A stretch of DNA of 63,895 bases, filler included, from Bipalium vagum (Eukaryota): assembly GCA_037834085.1 (NCBI GenBank). It is 3 parts of 3 records of this genome, joined end to end, with 100 filler letters (N's around TTAATTAATTAA, not from the genome) between each part and the next. Parts side by side here need not be neighbours in the genome. Positions count along the whole stretch, not along the records: positions 31,932 to 47,926 come from JBBMKC010133920.1; positions 48,027 to 63,895 come from JBBMKC010141113.1; 1 more part is not named here. The stretch is one strand, 5' to 3'. The position numbers were made by a program, and so were the translations under genes. The notes below the pieces were generated by a model. The model searched no databases, had not been told where the DNA came from, and saw only the letters and a program-made list of their open reading frames with translations. How positions within the stretch are numbered: the stretch's first letter is position 1; every line of letters starts with the position of its first letter. Positions 38,401 to 51,540 of the stretch are shown here, one piece after another.

Positions 38401-41001
38401 AATAATTAATGCTTTAAATTGATTTAATAAATGATATCAAATCAAATTCCAGCTTAATTAATTAATTAAAAAAATCATTAATTCTTAATAACGACAATAA
38501 TTTGTCTGATTCTGATGAAAATGATAAAAATTAATTTTTAATTTTTTAAAATAATTTTATGTCAACATTTTGTCATTGAATCGATTGAGGGAAATTCGTA
38601 AATTATTCAACAAATTCCCTAAATATTTCTTGATGAATTAATTGAGCATATAATTAATATAATTAATATAATTAATTATAATTAGTTGGAAAGAATTTTT
38701 ATGTATATTTTTTTGCAAGTTAAAACAAATCGACATTTCAAATATACACATGAAATTTAAGTTTACAGAAAAATAATATTTACAAAAAAGAATATTTAAT
38801 ATTTTCAAGAATAAATTTTTTTTAGAATATGATTAATATTAATATTTACAAAAAATTATTTTATATTATTATTCATATAAATAAATATATTTTATTCATG
38901 TTTTTATTTTATCATCATTATCTTTTGTTAATTAAAATAAAATCTTATAACGTCAAAAATTCCGCAATTAATAATTAATAAAATATAATTATTTTCGAAT
39001 TAAATAATAATATTAAAAATAGTAATTTTATAATTTTTTTCAAAATTATATAGTATAGAAGAAAAAATATAAATAAATATTTATCAACTATGAAAATTAT
39101 GTACATTATTTAAACAAATGATTTAAATTGATTTGTGATAACTTAAAAATGACATGTTTGACTTTGTAATAATCTTATTGATTTTATTGCTTGTTGAAAC
39201 ATATTATATGTAAGGTTATATATACCTATATATGTTAATAATATTATACTCGTAATATATAATATTATGAACAGAGTTTGCCCTATAAGTGACCTAACTT
39301 TTAAATCAATCATTTATTGTAGGTCATTTTGCATAATTGAGTAAATATTTAATTTTTGTTTCAATATTTAATGGAAATTTATGAAAATTATAATAATTTA
39401 AATTTTTAAATCGTTTATTTTTAGATAATGCCTTCACGTTCCCCGGAGCTGTCTCATCTCGATTACTACTTCTGGTAAATACTAAAACCACGCATTTATC
39501 ATCACTTCAAACCAACTAGCATTTAATCGTTGAATGGAAAAACGTGTAAAGAAATTTCAGCTATAACAATTGATGAACTTGGAGGATCAGTTGAACATTT
39601 GAAGATAAGTAGTCAGCTTTAATTAGATAATAATGGTTCATATATCTAACCGTTTTTTAAAAATATTAAGTCCCTGTCTGGACATGTATTTTGTATAATT
39701 TTGGTTTGCTTAAATAAAAGATATCTTCAAAATTTTTAAAGATAATTTAGAATTTTAATTTAACTGAAGTCACTTGTGGATTTATAAATATTATTATAAA
39801 TATATTATTATAAATATTATAAATATAATAATATCCTGCATTTATATTTATAAAAATTATTATATATTAAATTGTATTAAATCTTACCGTTCTTTCAATA
39901 AGCTTAGGGATTGGGTGAAAAATATAATCTCCGACAGATTGATAAGTTCAAGAAACTTCATGTTTTCCGCTGACAAGTTCATGTGCTTTATAAAGGAAAT
40001 GTCATCGAACTTTTTCATGTAGAAAACCTTAGAATGGTTGGCAATATCAAAAGGTTGACTGAACCAGTTTGAAGTCATTATCTGATATAAATTCATCAGA
40101 TAAATGTTCTGATAAATGTTCCTATTGAGAATAATTGATCCCACCACGGATAGTCTTTGAGAGTCTTTGATATTTTGCAAATGTTGATTAAAGATGGATA
40201 TCGCTCCCAAAGATTCATTCTGAATAGACTGTCGACTTTGATAAAATATTTCATTATTTTCCAATCTTTTAGTTCGGAATTTCGATACCAGATTTTGTAA
40301 ATCAACTTTCAAGCTATTGGAACAGTTGGCCAAGAATGACTGATGAATAGGGGCGAAATTTGGAGTGGAAAGTATGGAGAAGTTTCTTTGGTCCATTAGT
40401 TTTAATGGCTGTTCATGATTAGTACTGAGAATCAAAGATAGAATCGTTGTGAAAGTAAAGAGAAATGAATATATTATCTTCAAAACAATATAAATGATGA
40501 TGATGGATCTTTTCTTCAAGGTGATTTTGGAATTTGGTGATTTTTGATTGGTGAACAATGACAGTTTTGTTTTGTGAATAAAGTGAGACGTCCATATAAT
40601 AATTATGGAAGAAAAAAGAATCAGGAAACAAATCAGGGATATCCATCCGGTTACCTTGACATTGGCTGAGATTTGCATGTTACTTCCTTTGTTGTAATGC
40701 TCAAATGAAGACGTATAGTTTTTGACAATCATTTTTTGTTTTTTGTTGCTTCTTGATCGTTCTTCAATATTTATATAACGTGTAAAGGTTTGATAATAGT
40801 CAGACAAGATCAGAACGAGAACGAAGGGTGACTTCAAGGGTTGACTTGGAACAGTGAAAATTTGAAATTCCAACCAGAAGAAATTTCTTTTATTAATATG
40901 ATTAGAGAAGGATTTGTAAATCAACAGGTCCAATTGTTGAAGAAGCCTATGCTGTTTTGTTATTGTCAGATTGAGATATGCAACGGGTTTTGAAACATGT
41001 C
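32404..41001 (-). CDS. Uncharacterised multipass membrane protein (partial). Exons 41001-39888 and 32791-32404 (GTGAGT donor), with a ~7.1 kb intron
   Basis: A long open exon with hydrophobic segments WISLICFLILFSSIIIIW and IIIIYIVLKIIYSFLFTFTTILSLIL. The phase-2 donor (cg|gtaag at 39888) fits the acceptor at 32791 (R-YDFLNDVSL). A third TM-like segment is LRIAMMVIDIFLFVF. No family recognised. Confidence 0.7.
33000..33420 (-). mobile_element. Highly decayed mariner remnant
   Basis: Minus-strand HLP*PWSIEKA / KLNQLDIEIL.QSAYSPDLSITDY segments. Similar to 49230-49400. Confidence 0.65.
34560..35210 (-). mobile_element. Penelope-like retroelement remnant (RT thumb plus GIY-YIG endonuclease)
   Basis: Minus strand: NELKRILQNNAYP and IVYKFQ*HGCGHLYIGETQHHLKTRISEH (GIY-YIG). 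Confidence 0.8.
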
Positions 41002-42610
41002 CTAATTATAAATATTAAGCAAAATATTAATAGAGAGAAATATTATATTTAATATTTTTATTACATTTTTTAATTATACTTAATGTAATAATAATAATAA
41101 TAATTCAATAGTAATTAATTGATTATTAATTAATAATAATTATTAATAATATATAATTAAACTACCCGACATGGAAAAAATTACTTACATGAGATAAACA
41201 TAATATAGGTGAAAAATGTACTCTGATTACGAATCTGCAGTCCTATCTTTCATATCGGTTTTAATTTACTAGATACAGACCAAAAATATCAAAATCGATA
41301 TATTGAATTTAAGTCAAAATTATTCTCCTTAATAAACCATACTATAAGATTGTTTAAGTTAGTCTAACTATTATAATTAATTTAACTAAGAATGCGTAAC
41401 ACTTAAATCGTAGGTATGTCTTGAATTATATATAATATTATTATAAATTAATAATATATATATATATAATTAATTATAATTAATATTATTACATATAATT
41501 AATAATATTATATAAAATTAGTTATATTTAATGGTAATATGTTTAATTAATTATAAATAATAATTATGATTATAATTTTATAATAATTATTAATTTATTT
41601 AATTAAAATATTAAAAAATGGTATTTTCTATTTAAAAGACTATTTAATTTTTTCAAGAAATAGCATAATTTATAGTAAAATATTTAGTATTTGTTTGTAA
41701 AGACCACGAATTTCGACTGTATTGAGTACTGTTATGACAATAAAAATTGAATTATGAAAATGATTTTTTATTTTGCATTTCGGATTGGAAATTTTCTTAA
41801 TTAATGTGAAATTGCTTCTCATAATTTTTGTTTTATTAAATTTTCAATAAATCAGTGCGTTTTTATTACACAGTTTAGACTCATTTACTTAATATAACAA
41901 AATCAACACAAATTTAATATATATTCCTCATTTGACCAATCACATACTGCATCTCTGTGGTTTCATTACTCTCCCTAGATAGAAGTGTCCATTTTTCTCT
42001 GCAATGAACCTCTCAAAGTGTTGTTTTATAAGAACGCTTCACCAATCAATGATGAATTGTAGGACAATAAGATATAAAAACTTGTCAGATTTATAAGCCT
42101 GTTTGAGGTTAATATGAAACGTTTCTCTAGATTTCTGAATTTTGTTTAACTAGAGTTTTTCAAGAATAAAGGATTGGTTAAGTCACTGTTAATATAACAC
42201 GTTTGCATTTTTGTAAATAAAATTTGCTAAAATGCATTTATTATATTTAAATTCATATTAATAAATTAAATTTTACATTATTTTATTTAACGATGAATTT
42301 CTTGTCAGATTGTTAACCAAAATGTTCTGAAAATGCTAAATAGTTGTGTAAGTAAAAAAAATTAATATTTAAAACACTTCATGACTGACCAATCGGAGTC
42401 GTTAAATCATGCAATCAAACCAGCTAAAAATGATAATTCTCTCATCAAACAAAGTTCAGAGAAAGACAAGGTTTTGCTGGGAACTTTTATTATAATACTG
42501 ATCAGGTAGATCATTTAAAGTAAAATAATATGTACTTTGTGATCATTAATATATTATTGACAAATTGTTTTTTGTGTTTTGATTTAAAAGGTCTGTCGGC
42601 TTAGCACAGA

Positions 42611-42620
42611 GTGACGTCAC
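42611..42620. promoter_or_regulatory. Perfect CRE palindrome GTGACGTCAC with nearby CCAAT boxes; candidate cis-regulatory module
   Basis: TGACGTCA at 42612-42619 and a near-CRE ttacgtca at ~42645. CCAATC occurs at ~41936, ~42042 and ~42389. The island is locally less AT-rich and lies upstream of the membrane-protein exons. Confidence 0.3.
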
Positions 42621-45600
42621 AGTCAGTCAGATTAACCTTGCGTGTTACGTCAATAATTTTATATTGAAATTAGAAAAGGAAAATATTTGCTGAAAGGTTA
42701 CAAAGTTACGTTCAAGATAAATATTTCAAGAAAATAACAATATTGATTTATTATTGATTTATGTAAAATTTAAATCATTAATTTTTAATCTAAGAAAGTA
42801 AAATTTCTGTTTAAAAATATCAACAATTAAAATAAATTAAACTTTTCTAATTTTCTATTTAATTATAATATTATCTAATAAAAAATCAATTATGATAATT
42901 TTTTTAATTACATTTTTGTACAATAAGCTGTGAATTAATTAATTTTATAAATGATAATAAAAGTAAAAAAACAATTAAATTAAAACATGAAATAAAAACA
43001 ATAAATTCAATAGTGCAAATAAAATATAAAAAGTATTAATGATTTTTTTAAAAATCTTTTTCACATATACTATATTTTATACATTTAATTTTTTATATTT
43101 ATTCAACATTGAAATGATTTATTAATTTTTCCTAAAATCTGATCACATAATTAGAAAAAATTTAAATTAACATTATTAAAGAAATTTAAAAAAGGAAATA
43201 ATAATTGCATATCAAAATTATTTCAAATTTATTTTTATCTTTAATAAATTAAAAATTTTCTTAAGAATTCGGGGCAGTTCGAAATTAATTTTAGGGAAAT
43301 AATTTAAATTTTTTTCTTTTATTAAATTTGGTATTTTAATTTTTTTCAAAATCTTTTAAAAATATTTTTTGAGAAAAAATATATAATAAAATAAATTTTC
43401 TGATAATGATAAATAAATATTTTTGTAACAGTTTCTAATTAAATATTTATCCGAAATCAGATATTAAAAATAATGTTCATCTCAAAATATTAAAATTATT
43501 TTTGCAAAAATAATAAATGTTTGAAAATAATAATTTTAATGAGGTAGACTGACATAAAGGAATTAATAAAAATTTATTAAATTTTGAATTAATAAAATTA
43601 AATCAAATTTGAGATCAAATATCTGATCAAAACTTAATTTTTAATGAAAAATCTAATTTATTCTCAAAATCATTTAAACAAGAAAAAACATGGAAAAAAA
43701 GAAGAATTGATAAATAGAATTTAGCAAAATAATTTGTAAATTTGATTTTTAACAAGAAAAATAAATATTATGGGTGATTTATTTTTTATTGAAAAACAAA
43801 AACCATATTCTGTTAATATTAATGAATAAATTCCAAGTTAATTATTATTTTTGATATATTTTCATAAAAAAATAAATAAATATTAAAATTTTACAAAGTT
43901 AATTAATTTAATTATTAATTGTAAATAATTAATTATTATCCATGCATTTTTTCTCTCCATACATTTTTTTTACTTAATTAATGTTGAAAAAATCATTTCA
44001 TTAAATATATTACTGTGAAAAAAGTCCAGTAATTAATTTTAATGTTATATAATCCATAATTCTTATATTATTTTATTTAAATAATTTTCAGGAATAATAT
44101 TAATTATATATCGATAATAATTTTTTAATCTGTTTAAAATAATGAAAAATTTATTATAATAAGTAAATTATAATAAATAAATTAAAACTAAAAAATATTA
44201 TAATAAGCCCAAGTAAACAAATTAAATAATATACATATACAGTTAATCCTCATAAATCCGAAAAAGGAAGGAATCTTAAGTATAAATCACCAACGAATTA
44301 ACATTGAAATTATTAATCAATTAATCAGTAATAAGACAATATTTAAAATAACGATTATTTATTTTTTAAAAAATCTCTGACGTCTTTTAAGCTCTTAAAC
44401 TAAATCAATGGTTAGATGAAATATGAAAATATATAAATAAAAAAAAATAAACATGAATCTTTACTATTAATAAAGATATATTATATATTATTATATAATT
44501 ATAAAGGAAAATATATAATATATTTTCATATTATTATTAATAAAAATATATTATATATTATATATCATAATATTAAATATTTAAAATAGTTTTAATAAGT
44601 TTTTAATTGTTATGCATATTCCCAAAATATTAATAATTTAATTCTTACATTTATTATATTTTCTTGAGATATTAAAAAAAAGATATTTATAAATATTCAA
44701 TTTTATTAGAAAAAATTTCCAAAAAAATTAGAAGATATTTTTATACACATTTTTATTAAATTTATTTTATATATATATTTTTGTCAGGTTATATTAAAAT
44801 TTTCCATTGAAGTTTATTAAGCCAACCAATTCTTTAATTTTCTTATTGAGATGTCTACAGTATCCTTTGAAGAATCATAGCACATATAAATGAAATATGA
44901 AGTTTCAATCTGTCTTGAGAGACTTTTGTATGACCAGACGTCGTTGAAACGTGATTTATTGATAATGGGAATTTTCAGTATTTCGGTATTAGCAGCTTTG
45001 CTTTAATACCAAACGTCGAGGTAATATTTCACGCAATTTCTTCACAGTTGCCTCTTTATTAAATAAATTATTAAAGTATTACTTAATAAAATAACTTTAA
45101 GGATTTGTAATAATTGACTGACGTTGCAATCATGGGGACGTTTTCCTCATTAATTGAATACTGTAATTTAATAAGGGAATATGGAAATAAACTAAAATTA
45201 CTAAATATTAAATAATGTTAATTATAACCGCTAAATTAAAATTAATAAAATCTAATGAAACACCAGAAACACATTTTTTATATTTTTTTGTGAAAAATAT
45301 TTATTACAATTACAATTGAAATTACTATTAAAAATATTATTTTATTATTTTATTATTATTATTATTGTTATTATTAAAACATTGCTAAAAAAGCTAAGAT
45401 TGCTGAAACTTAAAGAAACGTTAAATTATTTATAATACTTTATGCATAACTGTCGGAAAATCATATAATGGATTGGATGATTCGACCCAGTTGAACGCCA
45501 ACGTACATTTTTTTGATTGGTGTTTAAGAGTTAATATAACTTTATTTTATCATTGCATTCTTTTTATCATATCTCACATAGTTGTTTAAATGGTGCACAT

Positions 45601-47217
45601 AACGTTCTGTTTAAATAAATAAAATTTAAATTCATAAGTAGTTGGAATTTTAATATGTACAAAGTAAACCTTGTTTTTCAAAGGTTGATAGCTATTTCCT
45701 GTTCCAAATTAACTTTTACTCATTAAGTAGATTCCTCTGCGTCATTGTAGAACGAAATATAACAAATTTACTTTTTCTTTGTTGTTTTAATCAGTGAATC
45801 AAGTTAAGTAATTAAAATAACTGAATGAAAATAATTTTATAAATTTAGTAACTCAAGCATATAAATCTATAAAATAATTATATATTTTTTAAATCATTCT
45901 CATTTGTTTATTATTCTCATCTGTAATATATATGTAGTTAGTAAACAATAATTTAATAATAATAATAGAAAATCCCCTTTCTTTACTAAAACTTTCAAGA
46001 TGCAAAATTTTCATAATNNNNNNNNNNNNNNNNNNNNNNNNNNNNNNNNNNNNNNNNNNNNNNNNNNNNNNNNNNNNNNNNNNNNNNNNNNNNNNNNNNN
46101 NNNNNNNNNNNNNNNNNNNNNNNNNNNNNNNNNNNNNNNNNNNNNNNNNNNNNATTATTATTTATGATATTATTATTTATATATATTTATTTACATTATC
46201 ATTAGTTAGTCAATATCTCCGAATAATTGGCATTATTGGTAATTCAGATTTTCATTTCCCAAGAATATAACAATATTTAACAATTTCCTATCAAAATGTC
46301 TTTAATGAAACAAAAAATAAATCGTATTACAATTATTTTCTAATCTTGCAAAATGTTTATAATTCTAAAAAGTATTTTCGAGACGTGAAATGTTAGAATC
46401 ATCACCATTTAAGTTTCCTCAGAGGTTCTCTCAAGGTAAATGAATGTTTATCCAATCAACCAGCCAAACCAATTATTAAATAAAATAATTAATTTTTTTT
46501 ATTCCTTTTCAATAAAACAATGAATGCGCGGATAAAGTGGATTTAATTTGATTAATGAATATCTCATTTCTTCTGCATTTATAAATAATATAAAGCCCTG
46601 GTTTTATACAATTCACCGATTTTCGTTGCAATAGACCACCATTTATTAAAGTTATAATGTTATTTTATTTATTTTAAACATCGCATGACATAATTTATTG
46701 AAAATTATTTTATTTTAATTTAATTCTATAAAGAATTAATCGTATATTTTCAATTATGAGACAATTTCATTTATGTTAAAACTCGTAAATATTATACTAT
46801 TCCATATAAAACCTTCAAGTAAATGTTTTTAAATGTTATATATAAATATATAAATAATATAAATATAACATTTTAAAAATATTTAAAATCTTCACTACCA
46901 ATGAATAATTTCAATTTCTCCACTTTTCATATTTTTAAATAATCTCGTTTTTGAGTAGAATGAAATGTTTTTGAGGCTGTTTTAAACTGTTAGCTGCGAT
47001 ATCAATAAAATCAATCAGAGTACAAACAATATATTTTTGAAAGCTTTTTAAAACATTAATACTTAAACACATTTTCCAATTAATATATTGTGCCACTAAA
47101 AATTAAAATAAATTTTTTTTAAAGATAAATATTAAAATTAAATTTACAATTAATTAAAAATTAAAGTTATGCACATCATAAAAATTAAAGAATTAGAAAT
47201 CAGTTTAAATACTCACA

Positions 47218-47926
47218 TCCCTCCTTCTCAAGAATTTTTTATTTTTTTCCACATTCCTTTCAATTGTTTTTCCTTCTCTGTCTTTCAATGCATATCTCCT
47301 GTCATGAATATTTCTGTTCACCGTGTATGGACCTTCGTATCTCTCTTTTTCTTTCGTTTTTGTCCATGTTTTTGTTTATCCTTGTTGTTGTTACTTCTTG
47401 TTGCTGGTTTATCTTGAACGTTTTCTTTTTTCAAATTCTTCTGATATTTTATTACCGACCCAAGCCTCTCTGTAAATTTTTCTTCTAAGTATGAGTTCAG
47501 TTGGGCTGTATTCTAACGTTTTCTGAAATGTTGCGTTTAAGGCAAACTCAATTTCTGGTAAAAAATTTTTCCAACCATTGTTTCTTCTCTCAGCCATAGT
47601 AGTATTCATATAGTCACGTATTGTTCGGAATTGCCGTTCTATTATGCCGTTGGTGCCATGATGATATGGATTAGAAAAACAGAATTTTGCGTTACTCTGT
47701 GTGACTAGTGTCTTAAAAACTCAAGATTCAAAGACTTTTCCACAGTCTACAGGGATTTCCATTGGTGCACCATATTTATAGATTCTATTTTCCATTATTA
47801 CTTTTCTGGTTGTTTCCTTATCTTTTTTCATTATTGGTCTTAATTAAATGTACTTATTATACTGATCTATAATAGCTAGTATGTATCGTTTCCTTCGAAA
47901 AGTTTCTTTTAACGGACCGCAAATGT
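47218..47926 (-). mobile_element. Ty3/Gypsy LTR retrotransposon 3' end (integrase, PPT, start of 3' LTR), truncated by a gap
   Basis: DICGPLKE..RYILAIIDQYNKY..FSNPYHHGTNGIIERQFRTIRDY..WKNFLPEIEFALNATFQKTLEYSPTELI. The PPT GAGAAGGAGGGA (47229-47218) is immediately followed by TG at 47217. Confidence 0.9.
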
Positions 47927-49099
47927 NNNNNNNNNNNNNNNNNNNNNNNNNNNNNNNNNNNNNNNNNNNNTTAATTAATTAANNNNNNNNNNNNNNNNNN
48001 NNNNNNNNNNNNNNNNNNNNNNNNNNAACTTTTACAAATAAATAAAATTACACAAATTATATATTGTTTTTTATACAACAAATGAATCACTAAATAATCA
48101 CTATATAATCAATAATGTTATCGTTTTGAATATTTGGATTGCTTTGGAATCGAAGTTTTTGAAGGGTTTGGTTGAATTGGTTGATCCGAAGGTGGGTGTC
48201 TCCACAGGTCTTTCCAGATAAGAATATTGATCTTTGATGGAGTAGTCAAAATATAAAAGGGGCGGAAGCGCTCATTGGACTGCTGAGAAATTTATCTGCG
48301 TTTTATAAAAAATTCGTTTTGTTGTCAAAGAAAAAAGTGTACTGCGTCAAATGAAATTTATTGGTGATGAATATATTTTTTCTTTCATGTCTGTTTTGCG
48401 ACAGGAGTCAACGAATAGTCCTGTGGTGTTCGAAATAATCTAACAACCCGAGATCTCATCGTCTTCAAAACGATGAGCATTTTATTTATTGCTATTTCTT
48501 GTTTTACTTTAAATAATATTTTATCTTTTATTCACATTTTGATTAATATTTGTGATAATTTACAGTTTTCATATTTATTGATTTATTGTTATACTTCATT
48601 TGTATTCATATTCATTGATTATTTATTTCATATTTCGTGACATTTGAGAGTTAGGATTGATTTATTTACTGTGATAACGTGTTTATTTTAGTACATTCGT
48701 TTGCATGATGTACTCTTACTAAACAAAAAAAGAGTGAAAAAGGCAGTAAAATCACGAGCTAAGCCTTACGAAGTTTTCTTAATGGTATGAAAGGTAACAA
48801 ATACATTAATGAAAAAAATAAATTACCAAAAATTGGTGTTATCTCGCTTTTGCTTCTCAACAACAACTAACTGATAGGACACAAATAAAGACTTTGATAT
48901 CGAAAGCAATATTAAATAAAACGATAACAAATAACTGATTAAACGCAAAAAACAACATTTAATTAGCATTAATAGGTTAAACTTACAAAATAACGAGTTA
49001 GTGTTATTAATAGGTTCTAAATAGCGGTTTTGAATATTGACCTTCAAATGAACAAATCACAGCTTAAACAAAATTTTATTTATCAGAATAGAAATCATT

Positions 49100-49400
49100 A
49101 CACCGCACAAATTTCTCCTATCGAGTCACAAACTTATTTATCTCGATTCAATAAAAATCTGGATTTCTAGTTGTTAAAAAATATTCAAAGGCTTTAAGGA
49201 CAGCATCATCATTGTGGAAGATTTTCTACCTGAAGAACTTGTCCAAATGTTTTAAAAAATAAACAGGCGAGAGATTTGGTGAATAGGTTGGGTAATGCAG
49301 AATTTCAACATCAAGCTGGTTCAATTTTTGTACGGTAGATTGCGCGAAATGTTGTCTTGCGTTACTTCTATTGACCAAGGCTGGGTAAGTGCAATGAAAA
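49100..49400 (-). mobile_element. Mariner remnant
   Basis: SNARQHFAQSTVQKLNQLDVEILHYPTYSPNLSP.YFLKHLDKF. Confidence 0.75.
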
Positions 49401-50299
49401 TCTTTGACATTTTTCTTTCTGTTTAAAAATTTATATTTAATAAGTTTCGATATTAAAGAACTTCCAATACGACTAGAAGAAAAATACAAAGGATCAATTA
49501 CACTAAGATGCCTGAAATGAGCAATGTTATTTTCATTGACCACTTCAGTAATTTTTGTTATTTATCTTTTTATTTTATGAAATGAATACAAATTTGAGAT
49601 TTCATTTTTGTAAAATTTATTTAATTTGGGCTTATCTGGAAGCAAATCGCACTACATTTCATTGAACGATCTTTATATTCAGTAAAGTAACTTTCCTTTT
49701 TGTAAAATGAAATTAATAAAATACTAATTAATTTAATATTACTGAGAATAAATGAAATGAACAAAACCGAACGATAATTTTCTAAGGACACAAAAAATCT
49801 ATAAAAAATGTGACAGGTGAAAAAAAAATTGCCAAAATAGAATAAAGGTTCGTGAGAATAAAGAAGAAAAATTGTTATGCTGATTTCGTAAATCCTCTGC
49901 GTAGGATGGATAAGAGTCAACGCGACCTATTATTAAATTGCACTGATTCACTGAACTTCGCGGGTGTGTGAAAATCATTTCAGAAAGTCGTTTCAACAAA
50001 TACCGAGACAATATTTTTGGAAAAAATTAATAAAAAATTTAAATATGAAAAAATAATATTTTTTTCTTTATTTCTTTAAAAATATTATTTTTTCATATTT
50101 AAATATTATTTTAAATTTTATCTTGGTTTGTTTTTATTAATTAAAAATATTTTTTATGATAACATATTTTTGAAAAAAAATTTTAATATTGGATTTTAAT
50201 GAAGTTATGTTCTGTTTTTATATTTATTATATTTTCGTTATATTTTTTCTATATGCTCTAAAACGTTAACCATTACGAAACACACGGACTCCTCATTTA

Positions 50300-51540
50300 C
50301 AGAGTGTGTCAGAAGAAAATCCGGACAAAAAAAAACAAAGATATATAAAATAATATCATAATTATTTAAGCAATAGTTATATTTTTGGATTAAAAATATG
50401 TTCCGTGCTTCTATTGCTCTATATAACCACCTTCTGCTTCTAAGACTTTCAAGATTCTCTGCCTGAAGCGCATGCATACACCGACTTGGTTCAATTTGGC
50501 AAACGCTTCTCTAACGGAATTCTGTAGATATGTCAGATTAGGGTGTCTCGACTTTTTAGTAAGCTTTTGAAGAACGCTCCATACATAATAGTCCATAGGG
50601 TTTAAATCTGGACTATTTGGGGGCCAGAATTCCTTGCTCCAATACATATCAACATTATCGGACAGCCAGTTTTGAACTAAATAACTTGTATGAGCGGGCA
50701 CTCCGTCTTGTTGAAAGATGTACGGTCTTCCAGAAGCAACGGTTTTCATCCAATGCTTCACTACTGTACTAAGAATCTATACGTAGACTTCCTTGGTATG
50801 GTTTCACCCTTTTTCAAGAAGTGTTGGGGCATGACATCACCTTCACTAGCCTATTACCAGAACATTGGCTGGAAACTTTGTCCTTGGCACTATTGAGACA
50901 TTTTCAATATCGTGGGCAATATCAATATCAACGGTCATTCCGCCGGTTAATTTTGGCATTAACTGTAAAAATTTTCTCATCAGAGAAAAACTTAAGACGA
51001 CTCGCTGCTTTATTCTTCAATGATTTGAGTAACAAGTTGCACCGAACAACTCTTTTAGTTTTCGCAGCCTCAGACAATATTTGTCGTATTTTTAGAACGT
51101 GTGAAGTATATCTTAGGTCTTCTTCAGCTATCCGAAGCATTGTTGTTATACTTATCTTCAAAGTTGTTCCCAATTTTCGAAGAGATATCCGAGGATCTTC
51201 CATTATTAGCTGCTGAGCTCTTTGAACAACTTACACGGTTTTTATTTTCCTTTCTTTGTCATGTATTTTTCTTTTCGGTGTACTAGAGGTTCCTCCAGAC
51301 ATCTCCGATTCTCCGATATCTTCGTACACTGTCAATCGTGGGTACCCAAAGAAATTAACTATTTCAGCCGGTGTTCTTCCAGCGCTAAGACTTTCGAGGA
51401 TCGCGACTCTTCGATAATATTCCACATCTGATTTTTGTAAACTTGCCATTTTGAAAATTGTGCGCAATTTAACTAGTATAATTAAAATCAAGCATAAATA
51501 TAAATTTCAATTAAACTTTGTCCGGATTTTGATGGCAAGA
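50300..51540 (-). mobile_element. Near-complete maT-type (DD37D) DNA transposon, frameshifted
   Basis: Three ORFs (51231..51491 HTH, 50928..51203 FFSDEKIFTV, 50411..50761 FQQDGVPAHTS...WPPNSPDLNPMDY). There are 37 residues between the 2nd and 3rd Asp. TIR core aaaatccggacaaa (50316-50329) / tttgtccggatttt (51517-51530). Confidence 0.92.
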
